This document shows, one piece after another, positions 47,530 to 56,516 of a DNA stretch of 64,000 nucleotides; position 1 is the stretch's first letter; every line of letters starts with the position of its first letter. A program made the translations under genes and the position numbers. The DNA is from a virus. The notes beneath the pieces were generated by a model. It saw nothing but the letters and a program-made list of their open reading frames with translations. It was not told the origin of the DNA and made no database searches. The DNA is taken from IMG/VR virus record IMGVR_UViG_3300037852_000415, positions 13,345 to 77,344 of that record. One strand, 5' to 3'.

Positions 47530-48813
47530 ATGGCTGGTCGTCTCGCAAAACCCACTCAGAAGAACCCGCGGCTGACGCTCGGCGTCGGCCAGGGCACGCC
47601 CAACTCGGACATCGTCAACCTCTTCAAGAGCGCGACGAGCTGCCCCATCTACGCTTTGCCGACGGTGGCGAAGCGCCAGTGGGAGTTCGAGGGCCCGGTG
47701 TCGCAGGCCAACGTTCAGCGAAGCCTCGGCAACCAGATCGACATCCTCGGCGGCAGCAACGCCACGGCGCCCGACAACGTCTACCAGACCGACGGGCTCA
47801 TCAACGGTGAATTCCAGACGTACGTCCTCGCGTGCGCCGTCGGAATGCACCTCGAGCCGGAACCCATGTGCTGGACGGCGCAGGGCAACGCGATTCTCGT
47901 GCCGGGCTCGTCCATCCCGATGCCGAACAGCCCCGACGACTACACCGTGCTCGACCAGAGCAACTTGGTGTACGGCGGTGCGACGCAGTCTGTGCCTCAG
48001 GTGCAGACGAGCATGCGGCGTGCGGTGCTCGAGTGGGGCTGGTGGGCGAACTACGCCTTCTGGCACCTCGTCCGCGGGTACAACCTCCGTTGGACCTACG
48101 GCTCCCTCATCAACATCATGGACGAGCAGCTGCGCGACACCGCGTACACGCCGCCCAACGCTCAGGAAGGCTCTGCCTCTTCGAGCCAGGTTGCTATCTG
48201 CGACTTCGTGCAGCGCACGAACCAGCGGTACATCTCGACGCTCGCCGCGACGCGCATGTTCCTCTGGCAGAACCTCGTTCGCGTCGGCACCCTCGGCGCG
48301 ACGACCACGTCGACCGAGACGCAGGGCAAGTTCCGGCCCTTCGACGACGTCCTCGTGGACGCCACCTACGGAGGCATGGATCTGCGAAGCATGCTGCGTA
48401 ACAACAGCGAGTTCCGCACCCTCGAGCAGCCGTACATCCTGAAGCCGGGCGTTCCGCCGGGCCTCATCCTCGAAGCGAACGGCGACAACGCCGAGCAGGC
48501 GCTCTTCCAGGCGCAGTTCGACGCGTCGGGCGGCTTCACGGGCGCGACCCCGCCTTACTCGTTGACCCCCTTCGGCACGCTCATCGCGAACGGCGCCGGC
48601 CAGGTGTTCGACGAGCTCTCGGCGGACAACGTCGATGTTCTCCAGCAGGTCAACACCGAGCACTACGTGTTCAAGGGCGGAACGGCGCTCATGAGCATGG
48701 AGATCAAGGGCTACGAGATCACCGAGCCCCTCGCGGACCAGATCAAGAGCGACCCCACGCTCCAGGCTCAGATCTGCTCCGAGTGCGGCTGCGCGGTCGG
48801 CTGGGCCTCGTAA
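47530..48813 (+). CDS. candidate major capsid protein (single-jelly-roll-like, with insertions)
   Basis: Strong AGGAAGG RBS, near-exclusive C/G third positions, flanking hairpins; NGEFQTYVLACAVGMHL / FRTLEQPYILKPG..GLIL / MEIKGYE strand pattern. Confidence 0.55.
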   Translation: MAGRLAKPTQKNPRLTLGVGQGTPNSDIVNLFKSATSCPIYALPTVAKRQWEFEGPVSQANVQRSLGNQIDILGGSNATAPDNVYQTDGLINGEFQTYVLACAVGMHLEPEPMCWTAQGNAILVPGSSIPMPNSPDDYTVLDQSNLVYGGATQSVPQVQTSMRRAVLEWGWWANYAFWHLVRGYNLRWTYGSLINIMDEQLRDTAYTPPNAQEGSASSSQVAICDFVQRTNQRYISTLAATRMFLWQNLVRVGTLGATTTSTETQGKFRPFDDVLVDATYGGMDLRSMLRNNSEFRTLEQPYILKPGVPPGLILEANGDNAEQALFQAQFDASGGFTGATPPYSLTPFGTLIANGAGQVFDELSADNVDVLQQVNTEHYVFKGGTALMSMEIKGYEITEPLADQIKSDPTLQAQICSECGCAVGWAS

Positions 48814-48894
48814 TCGGCGGAAGCTGATTCACGGCAGGGCAGCGCAAGCTGCCTCGCCGTCGACAGCCTCGCTGTGAGAGCGGTGCTGTCGACG
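48812..48894 (+). terminator. three consecutive hairpins after the capsid candidate
   Basis: AATCGGC-GGAA-GCTGATT; GGCAGC-GCAA-GCTGCC; CGTCGACAGC/GCTGTCGACG; no U-tract. Confidence 0.4.
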
Positions 48895-48910
48895 ACGAAA
48901 GGCGTGAGAG

Positions 48911-49549
48911 ATGGCTGACGAGACGAAAGAGCTGAAGGAAGGCGTCGGAAGCTGCGGTAACCCCAGCCAGTGCTGCGGGCCCGCCGTCGAGGACGTCCGC
49001 CAGATGCTTGCGCTCGGCTCACCGAGACTCGCGCTAGCGAAAGCGCTCGGCGTGCCCCTCGCACCCTGGGCGTTCACCATCACTGCCACGTTCACCAGCG
49101 TCAGCCAGAACCTCGTCGCCGACCAGGGCCAAAACGTGAAGCTGGTGCAGGACATCATCGTCGATGACATCCGCTACCAGATCGACACGCAAGTGACGCC
49201 GAGCGGCGACTTCGACAACTTCAATTACGCCTGCTTCGCACAACAGAGCAATATCGAAGCGAACCTCCGCGTCAGCGGCGCGCCCCGATACGACGTGTAC
49301 TCGCAGTTCACGCCGCTCGCGATGATTCGCCGGCCCACGCAAGGGTGGGTTCTCCAGCAGACGAACGGCGTCTTGATGTCCTTCCAGAGCAACGTTCCCC
49401 TTCAGAATGTGCCCATCAAGATCTCCTTCGTCTTCGAGTGCCGGACCACGCACTGGGCGAAGCTCATCGACATGAAGCAGCGCGAAGCGGTGCAGATGCT
49501 CTGCAAGCTCGGGTACGACGTCGGGTCTTACACAGAGCTCTACTGCTAA
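48911..49549 (+). CDS. candidate second capsid protein (single-jelly-roll-like)
   Basis: FTITATF..KLVQDIIVDDIRY..ANLRVSG..PL..WVL..GVLMSF..IKISFVFEC alternating strands. Confidence 0.5.
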   Translation: MADETKELKEGVGSCGNPSQCCGPAVEDVRQMLALGSPRLALAKALGVPLAPWAFTITATFTSVSQNLVADQGQNVKLVQDIIVDDIRYQIDTQVTPSGDFDNFNYACFAQQSNIEANLRVSGAPRYDVYSQFTPLAMIRRPTQGWVLQQTNGVLMSFQSNVPLQNVPIKISFVFECRTTHWAKLIDMKQREAVQMLCKLGYDVGSYTELYC

Positions 49550-49563
49550 GGGAGGTGCCCTAG

Positions 49564-50457
49564 ATGGCGCCTCGCCAAAAAGAGTACCAGAGCTGGGGCA
49601 TCGACCAGAGCGCTGCGTTCGTCGAGACGGACCCGTTTGGCGGGCTCTCGAGCCTCGGCGTCAAGGTACCGACACTCTCGACAGCCGCGCTGCCCTCGGC
49701 GAATCCGCCGACGCTCGGGTACAACAGTCGCTACCTCTTTCACCTCGCGAGCTTCCACGTGCCCGAGAGTGGCGGGTGTGCGCGCATCACCGGCTACCGG
49801 CTGAACGTCCAGATCTGGGCGTTGCAGTCTGGCGAGGGCGGCAACCGGTACGTCAAGCAAACCGTCTACGACCCCGCCTTCAGCTTCCAAGACGGCAACT
49901 GGAGCTGGCACCTGCGCTTCATCCCCGATGTCGGGATGAACGGCATCAGAGTGAGCCCCCCTCTGCCCGTCAATCAGAATGACGGCACGACGGCAAACCT
50001 CGATGGCACTGCGTACCGATGGGCTGACACGCCCGCGATTCTCTATGAGAACATGCTCGTCGCCGCCGGAGATCCCTTCTACGTCGATCTGTTGGATTAC
50101 ACACCCCCGAATAGCGGCAGGCCTTGGGGAGAGCCCCTCGCCGGCATGGGCACATTCTACGGCGTGAGCACGCCTTGGAATACGCACGGCGCATGGAGCG
50201 CGCTCGATATCGAGTGCGATGCGCCAGGCACCTACGCCCTCTTCTGCAGCGTTAGGCAAACGAATAGCTCTACGCGAACCCCGCTGACGCCGCCTGGCAC
50301 CTTCTTCGGTAACGGTCTCTCCGCCGAAGAGCAGTTCCTCTTGAACTTCCCCGGCGCCTGGATCGGCTCTGTTGGGGGGAGCCTCGTAGTCACCTCCGAC
50401 GACGGCGACTGCGGCGACCAGTTCGGCAATCGTGAGAAGGAAGGGCCCTGCTCCTAA
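49564..50457 (+). CDS. candidate penton/minor capsid protein
   Basis: SFHVPESG..RITGY pattern; GGGAGG RBS; position in the module. Confidence 0.4.
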   Translation: MAPRQKEYQSWGIDQSAAFVETDPFGGLSSLGVKVPTLSTAALPSANPPTLGYNSRYLFHLASFHVPESGGCARITGYRLNVQIWALQSGEGGNRYVKQTVYDPAFSFQDGNWSWHLRFIPDVGMNGIRVSPPLPVNQNDGTTANLDGTAYRWADTPAILYENMLVAAGDPFYVDLLDYTPPNSGRPWGEPLAGMGTFYGVSTPWNTHGAWSALDIECDAPGTYALFCSVRQTNSSTRTPLTPPGTFFGNGLSAEEQFLLNFPGAWIGSVGGSLVVTSDDGDCGDQFGNREKEGPCS

Positions 50458-50963
50458 TGGCTACTTCGGCATCGATGATTCGACACTCTGAGGGCGTTGC
50501 CGGCGGGCAAGCGGCCCCACCTGGCAGTGGCGGCGGGCAATCCGCGCGCCCCGCGCCCGGGAGCGACGGGGACATCGCGACGCGCCCCGGTGACGCAGGC
50601 GGCGGTGGGCATTCGACCCACGGCGCTACGCAGCAAGGCGCGCCTCTAGTCGCTAAGCGCCTCCACGGCGTCGGGCAGACAGCACCTGCAAGTGCCGACG
50701 CGCTTTTGCAGCAAGCGCAAAACCAGCTAGCGGCCGCGGCCGCCGCCCTCGTAGCCGGTGACGCCACTACGGCGGCTACCGACGTCGGCAACGCCGTCAC
50801 ACTCGTGGGCCAAGCAAGAGCCGCGATGGCGGCCGCCCCGCCGCCTTCAGGTGTAACTGTCTCCGGCGGTGCCGCCATCGGCATCGCGGCCGGTAGCGCT
50901 CTCTTGGGGGGTGTGGCAGGATGGATGCTGAAGGGTTCAGGGGTACTGAAAGGTAAGCGATAG
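50457..50963 (+). CDS. tail-anchored virion protein (HGVGQ)
   Basis: C-terminal TM then KGKR. Confidence 0.65.
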   Translation: MATSASMIRHSEGVAGGQAAPPGSGGGQSARPAPGSDGDIATRPGDAGGGGHSTHGATQQGAPLVAKRLHGVGQTAPASADALLQQAQNQLAAAAAALVAGDATTAATDVGNAVTLVGQARAAMAAAPPPSGVTVSGGAAIGIAAGSALLGGVAGWMLKGSGVLKGKR

Positions 50964-50965
50964 TC

Positions 50966-51802
50966 ATGGCATCGGCTAATTGGCAGGAAACTCGCAGCGT
51001 GCCGGTGAAGACCGAGCACGGCAACCCCCTTGTCATCGGCATGGGCGCCTCGCCAGTGCAAGCGCACGGGCGTGAGTGGTACCGCGCACCGTCGGGCGCC
51101 GTCTTCAGCCGCCCCGTCGCCGGCCTCGGCAGCGCGGTAGCGCTCAACCAGACCCGGATGCGTAACGCCGTGAATCTGCGGATGCAGCGCGCCTACACGA
51201 CGAGCCCGCGCGGCGTGTCCCTCAGGCACCCACACGTCGGCATGGGGCAGGCTGCGATCTTCAGCGACAGCTGCGGCAACACCCTCTACAGCGACGGCTC
51301 GGCGACGTGCGCCGACGGTAGCTCCTACCCCTGCACGCCCTGCAACGGCATGACGGTGGTTCAAGCCGCGGCGGCTGCCGGCATCACCCCTAGCGGCGGT
51401 GGCGGTGGTGGCGGTGGTATCAGCCTTCAGGCGGCTGCTGCGGCTGCCCTCGCGGCCCTCAACGCCGACCCCAACTACTGCGCCGATGTCGCCGTCGCTG
51501 GAAGCGCCGTGAATACCGCCGTCCACAACTTCAAGTCGGCGTGGAACGCGGCTAACCCTACGACCCCCGTGCCCATCAACACCGGCAACTACGAGCCTTC
51601 GGTAGCGGCGGCGCTGAACAGCCTCGTAGCCGGCGCCCCCGCTGGCTGCGGCGGTGGCGTGAGCCCCGGGCCTGCCCCCGCCCCCGGCCCTTCGCCGAGC
51701 CCGGCGCCGGATACCATGTGGATCGTCGGCGGCGCGGTGGCCGCTGCGGCCATCGTGGGCGGCGCGCTCTACTACAAGAAGAAGCACGGTAGGCGCCGGT
51801 AG
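50966..51802 (+). CDS. tail-anchored virion protein with PG-binding-like domain (GMGA, GLGS, GMGQ)
   Basis: VHNFKSAWN...TGNYEPSVAAALN resembles PG_binding_1; TM then KKKHGRRR. Confidence 0.65.
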   Translation: MASANWQETRSVPVKTEHGNPLVIGMGASPVQAHGREWYRAPSGAVFSRPVAGLGSAVALNQTRMRNAVNLRMQRAYTTSPRGVSLRHPHVGMGQAAIFSDSCGNTLYSDGSATCADGSSYPCTPCNGMTVVQAAAAAGITPSGGGGGGGGISLQAAAAAALAALNADPNYCADVAVAGSAVNTAVHNFKSAWNAANPTTPVPINTGNYEPSVAAALNSLVAGAPAGCGGGVSPGPAPAPGPSPSPAPDTMWIVGGAVAAAAIVGGALYYKKKHGRRR

Positions 51803-51816
51803 GCACCAGAAGCGCC

Positions 51817-52167
51817 ATGCTGACGATCGATATGCACGACATCGTCGCCATCGTGGCGTTTTTCATATCGCTCATGACGACCATCGTCGTCGCTCTTACG
51901 AAAGCGAAAGACAAAGCTACCGCGGATGCGCACGCCGCCGAAGTCGCCAAGATCGCGAAGCTGGAATCGCGAGCCGACGATTACGAGCGCCGAATTCAAG
52001 GCAACGAGCTTGCCAGGACGCGCCTGGAAGCTGAGCAGGACGGGTTGACTACGGCTGTGGAAAAGCTAGAGAGAGCGGTAGAGGAACGGATGACGCGCGT
52101 TGAAGAGCGCCTCACCGACATTCTCCTAGAGCTCCAACGCGGTAATTCCAAGAAAGGCCAGGGGTAA
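51817..52167 (+). CDS. TM plus coiled-coil protein (lysis-cassette-like)
   Basis: N-terminal TM, heptads. Confidence 0.55.
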   Translation: MLTIDMHDIVAIVAFFISLMTTIVVALTKAKDKATADAHAAEVAKIAKLESRADDYERRIQGNELARTRLEAEQDGLTTAVEKLERAVEERMTRVEERLTDILLELQRGNSKKGQG

Positions 52168-52172
52168 TCGTC

Positions 52173-52457
52173 ATGGCTGGGTATCAATTCGACGCGCTAC
52201 ACCTCGTTCTGTGGGCGGCCTCGTTCTTCCCCGCAGTCGCCGCGGCGATCCAAGCCGCGCTCGCAGGCTCCGGCGGGCAGCCCCTCAGCGTGCTAGCCGT
52301 CATCATGATCGTCGTGCCCATCTTCGTCACCTCGTTAGCCGTGCTGCAAAGCGCGAAGTCGCAAGCGAGCGTCACTGCGATGAAGAAGGCGCTCGTATCG
52401 ACGCCTCCGCCGGCCCCCGCACTCGCCAAGATGGGCTTCCAGAAGAAAAAGCAGTAA
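52173..52457 (+). CDS. holin-like 2-TM protein
   Basis: Two TMs and a basic C-terminus. Confidence 0.45.
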   Translation: MAGYQFDALHLVLWAASFFPAVAAAIQAALAGSGGQPLSVLAVIMIVVPIFVTSLAVLQSAKSQASVTAMKKALVSTPPPAPALAKMGFQKKKQ

Positions 52458-52498
52458 GCCCTCTTGCGTCATAGGAGCGGGGCCTTATGCTCGTTCCC

Positions 52499-52741
52499 AT
52501 GAACGACAACGACTCAGGCAGCACCTCCACCAGCAGTACTTCGACTCCTACGCCTCCGACGAAGAAGCGGCGCGGCTTCGCTGCGATGTCGCCAGAAGCT
52601 GTGCGCGAGATCAGCCGCAAGGGCGGAGTCGCGGCACACGCCTCGGGCACGGCGCATGAATTCTCAAGCGAAGAGGCGCGCGCCGCCGGACGCAAAGGCG
52701 GCCTCGCCGCGCACGCTAAGCGCCGCGCCAACGGGCAGTAG
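52499..52741 (+). CDS. KGG-repeat general stress protein
   Basis: RGFAAMS....EISRKGG, HEFSSEEARAAGRKGG. Confidence 0.85.
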   Translation: MNDNDSGSTSTSSTSTPTPPTKKRRGFAAMSPEAVREISRKGGVAAHASGTAHEFSSEEARAAGRKGGLAAHAKRRANGQ

Positions 52742-52743
52742 CG

Positions 52744-53121
52744 ATGAGCAACATCAGGCTCGAGGGCCTCAGGCCCATTCGCGACCGCGTCATCGTGCGC
52801 CCCGAGGAGGCGCCCAAGGTGACGAAGGGCGGCATCATCATCCCCGAACATATCCGAGGCGTGAAGCCGAAGGATGAAAAGGGGCGCCACGCCGTGTGGG
52901 GCACTGTCATCGCTGTCGGCCCCGGGGCGACGGACATGAAGGGCCGCTACTACCCCATCGAAGTCGTTCCGGGAGATCGTATCGCCTTCTCCGAGGGCGC
53001 GCCCAAGGAAGTCTTCAAAGACGACTCCGGCGCCGACATCTACTCCATCTCCGGCTTCGCAATCTTCCTCGTCGACGAGGACACGCCCGTTAGGCGTGAC
53101 ATGAGAGGTACGCACATATGA
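52744..53121 (+). CDS. groES: co-chaperonin GroES homolog
   Basis: LRPIRDRVIV, TKGGIIIP, GTVIAVGPG, PGDRI. Confidence 0.85.
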   Translation: MSNIRLEGLRPIRDRVIVRPEEAPKVTKGGIIIPEHIRGVKPKDEKGRHAVWGTVIAVGPGATDMKGRYYPIEVVPGDRIAFSEGAPKEVFKDDSGADIYSISGFAIFLVDEDTPVRRDMRGTHI

Positions 53122-53417
53122 AACTCGAGCATCAGAACGACAAGCTTCTCATCGGTGCTATCGCGCTCCTCGCGACGCTCGTCAGCGTCGACGTCGCCTG
53201 CACCCCGAAGACGGCTGTCGACGTCGCTTCGCTTACGAGCTGCATCGAGGGGCAGCTCGAGGCCGGTAACACCAACGTCCTCAACATCGCCGCCGCGTGC
53301 GGAAGCCAGGACATCGCCCTCGTCACCGACGTTATCGGCGCGCTCGAGAAGGCGCAGAAAGCCAAGCCCTTCGCCATCTCGAAGCCGCAGTCCGAAGGCG
53401 GTCTCGATAGCCACTAA
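53118..53417 (+). CDS. putative lipoprotein
   Basis: Hydrophobic stretch ending in VAC. Confidence 0.5.
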   Translation: MKLEHQNDKLLIGAIALLATLVSVDVACTPKTAVDVASLTSCIEGQLEAGNTNVLNIAAACGSQDIALVTDVIGALEKAQKAKPFAISKPQSEGGLDSH

Positions 53418-53455
53418 GCGCGCGCACGCGCGCCGCGGGTGTTACACTACACCCA

Positions 53456-53635
53456 ATGGCTAGTCGCACTCTCGCGGAGGTGCGCGCGGAACTGCGCGAG
53501 TGGCTATACGACATGAAGTGCCTCCATGAAGCCCCGGGGCTGGGGTTCGACCAGGCTTACATGGCAGCACGCCGACGCGCCGATGCACTGGCACGTGAGT
53601 ACACTAGGCTTGTAGAGGCGGAGGAGAAGAAGTGA
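53456..53635 (+). CDS. 59-aa hypothetical protein (below cutoff)
   Basis: MASRTLAEVRAELREWLY...; TG-t-TACACT 7 nt upstream; GTGA overlap with the next gene. Confidence 0.55.
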   Translation: MASRTLAEVRAELREWLYDMKCLHEAPGLGFDQAYMAARRRADALAREYTRLVEAEEKK

Positions 53636-53893
53636 GCGACAACGTCAAGCCGCAAGTGTGGGCCCGCTGCCCCTTCTGTGACGGGGAGTACGGCCTGGAC
53701 GAAGACGTCAAGCTGCAGATGCCTGACGGCAGCGTGAGGCGCTTCGCCGCCGCTATCCACAGCGTACCCGAGTGCGTGGAGTTTCACGCAGCTACCGATG
53801 GACTAGACTTCGCTGTCAAGGCGCGCAAGGCACGTGAAGCAGCGAGTAAGACGCGCGCGGCAACATCGAACTGAGAAACGTGAGGAGAGAACG

Positions 53894-54667
53894 ATGGCAA
53901 CCACTTGTTTCGTGCTGCTCGACAAAACCACTACGCCCCCGAGCTACGGCGCCGTGACCCCCGATGTCCTGCAGCTCATCGCCACCGCGCTCGAGGCGCA
54001 GGCCACCGACGACTTCTGCCCCGAATACGGAGGCTCCGTCGTCGTGCGCGTCGGGGCAAGCCCGACTGACATCGCCTCCGGTGAAGTCGCCGTCAACATC
54101 GTCGACGACCTGAGCGCCATCGCACCGGGGGCCGCCGCCTACCACGACGACGAATCCGGGATGCCGGTAGTAAACGTCGCTGCCGACGAATTCGACAGTT
54201 TCGTCGGCCCCTCGTCGATGCCGATGAGCACGGGCATCAGCCACGAGATGCTCGAGACGCTCGGCGACGCGGGCGCCAATCGTTGGGCAGATCGCCCCGA
54301 CGGTAGTGAAGAAGCACTCGAGGAATGCGATCGACTGCAGGGCACCGACTACCAGAAGACTCTGACTACAGAGAATGCCGACGGCAGCACGTCAGTAGTC
54401 ACCGTGCAGGTGGCGAACTTCCTCCTGCCCTCAGCGTGGATTCCCGGCGCCGCCGGCCCGTGGGACTTCGGCGTCGTTCTACAGAACCAGTACGACGTCA
54501 CCCCCGGCGGCTACGTCATCACGCGCAAGCAGGGCGCGGGTAGCTACATGGCGACGCAGCCCCCACGTGTCGGCTTCAGCGGGGAGCACGTCGGCATGTC
54601 GGGGAAAACCCTCGAGAGGAAGCGCCACCCCTCCAGCCGCACCTCGAGACGAGGCGCCACGCTCTAG
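53894..54667 (+). CDS. zinc-metallopeptidase-like protein (HExxE)
   Basis: AYHD, SHEMLETLGD, EECD, VANFLLPSAW; GAGGAG RBS. Confidence 0.65.
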   Translation: MATTCFVLLDKTTTPPSYGAVTPDVLQLIATALEAQATDDFCPEYGGSVVVRVGASPTDIASGEVAVNIVDDLSAIAPGAAAYHDDESGMPVVNVAADEFDSFVGPSSMPMSTGISHEMLETLGDAGANRWADRPDGSEEALEECDRLQGTDYQKTLTTENADGSTSVVTVQVANFLLPSAWIPGAAGPWDFGVVLQNQYDVTPGGYVITRKQGAGSYMATQPPRVGFSGEHVGMSGKTLERKRHPSSRTSRRGATL

Positions 54668-54860
54668 CACTGCGGTGCTGCTGTGAAGCCGAGGTGGAAC
54701 ATGAGGAGCGACTACGAAGACGACGCTAAGACGGGCATGCCCGGCGGCTGCATCTTCCTCATCCTCTTCTGGTTCTTCATGATCGGCCTAGGATACGTAG
54801 CCGGTGCCCACTTCGGCTTCCCCCATTGGCCCCGCTGGCTCTCGTGGTAGACTGTTCGGC

Positions 54861-55133
54861 ATGCACCCCTTCGTGAAGAATCTGCTACGTGAGGCGCGCG
54901 CCGTCGGCGTCAAGGCTATCGCGCGCGCATTCGACTCTGTCTACGAGGACGTAGACGCAGGCGCGAAAGAAGTCTCGACTCGAGTCAACAAAGCGCGCGC
55001 GGGGCTGAAGGACGTAGAAGCCAACGTGCGCCGCAAAGTACCGGAGGTACGTGTCGCGCCGCAGACGCGCGAAGTCGAAGGTGAAATCATAGACGCGACG
55101 TTCGAGGGCGAAGACGATTCGGAGGATGACTGA
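54861..55133 (+). CDS. hypothetical protein
   Basis: TG-g-TAGACT 7 nt before ATG. Confidence 0.55.
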   Translation: MHPFVKNLLREARAVGVKAIARAFDSVYEDVDAGAKEVSTRVNKARAGLKDVEANVRRKVPEVRVAPQTREVEGEIIDATFEGEDDSEDD

Positions 55134-55428
55134 CATGGCTGACGACAAGGGAGAGTTGGTAAGCCCGCGCGAACTGGCGGGGATGATTCGCCGCGCCAAG
55201 GACTGTTACCTCTGGGTGGCGTACGGCGTCGGTGAGGGCCTCTACGTCCGCGTCGCGCACACGACAGCGCACGTCATCGTCGAGGAGGCCTACGAATCCG
55301 AATGCCAGGAGATCTTCGCGTACATGGAGGGCGGGGACCTGCACATTGGCGACGAACTGGTGACAGAAGCCCCAGAAGGCGAAGGCGAAGGCGCACCTGT
55401 CGAAGACGAGACGGAGGTGCCGGAATGA
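55126..55428 (+). CDS. hypothetical acidic protein
   Basis: Operon context. Confidence 0.5.
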   Translation: MTDMADDKGELVSPRELAGMIRRAKDCYLWVAYGVGEGLYVRVAHTTAHVIVEEAYESECQEIFAYMEGGDLHIGDELVTEAPEGEGEGAPVEDETEVPE

Positions 55429-56113
55429 CATCTGCGCCACACTACGAGGATCCGACGGTCGCGTACAACACCGGGTACAACGACGGCGGGCGTGAGGAGC
55501 GCGTCGCTATACTCAAAGCTCTAGAAGCTTTTGAGATTGAGGTGTTGATGAGTGAGCGTCATCTTACGCCCCCGATGATCTGCGGCATGTTGAAGCGGCT
55601 TTGCCGCGAGATGGAGCGTGGTGTGCACAGACACGAGGAGCCGGGCGAAGACGAGACAGAGACGCCATGAAGACCCTCGCCATAGCTTTCGACGTATTGC
55701 TTGTACTAGCGATCTTCATCTGCGCCGTCGATGCCGCGCACAGCGGACACCCCGTCATGGCAGCCATCGGGTGGGTGGTGCTGTGCGGCAACTGCGCTGT
55801 CCTTTGCCGCGACGTGCTCTCAAAAGAGCCTTGACGGCAGCGCTCGCGCGCCTCAGGATGTTGGCGTCATGAACGCCTACCCCGAGAACGCAATCGCGCT
55901 CCTCGACATGGACTATGCCCCGGCGTGGCTATCTGACGAGGACGATGGCGCATCTCCGCCGCCATCGGGACCGCCGTCGTCGCGGCGATGGGTAACGCGC
56001 GCGTGCGACAGCGAGGCGGGGAGAGCCTTCGTGACGACGTGGGAAGACGAGGAGAGCAGTGTCTAACGTATCCCCCTTGGCGCCTAGGCGCCTAGAGGGA
56101 ACAGGCAGCCGTG

Positions 56114-56143
56114 GCCCCGGGGCGTAGTACCGGGGCGCTTTTT
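56114..56143 (+). terminator. probable intrinsic terminator
   Basis: GCCCCGG/CCGGGGC stem followed by gcTTTTT. Confidence 0.45.
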
Positions 56144-56168
56144 CAGAGAAAGGTGCAGGTACAGGGGA

Positions 56169-56516
56169 ATGACGCGACTCGAATACCTCGAGTGGTGGGA
56201 TGAGGAGTGGCCTCAATGCGGATGCTGCTCGCGAGACGTGTGGCAGCTACTACTACACGTGCTCGAGTGTCTCGAGCGTCCCGCGGAAGCGGAATGCGCC
56301 GGCTGGAAGCAGCTATGGGCCAACGTATTGCCCCAGGGAGCCGTGGGGGAGCAGTATCTCGCCGTCTTAGATAAGCACGATCTCATCGAGCACGGCTCCG
56401 GCATCCGCTGCCCCTGGCTGACGCAGAAAGGTGAGCTGCTACTCGCGGCGATGCGAGAGTACGGAGACCCGGAGGGGCAAGATAGAGTCGCGGCATTCGA
56501 GGAGGCGTTCAAGTGA
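56169..56516 (+). CDS. hypothetical protein
   Basis: CGC, LIEHGSGI...WLT.KG. Confidence 0.6.
   Translation: MTRLEYLEWWDEEWPQCGCCSRDVWQLLLHVLECLERPAEAECAGWKQLWANVLPQGAVGEQYLAVLDKHDLIEHGSGIRCPWLTQKGELLLAAMREYGDPEGQDRVAAFEEAFK

Noticed and set aside
47473-48663. Long antisense or alternative-frame ORFs (also 50390-51787, 15644-16522, 57848-58864, 7928-8665)
   Set aside because: Shadow ORFs of high-GC genes; the opposite strand has the RBS, motifs and codon bias.
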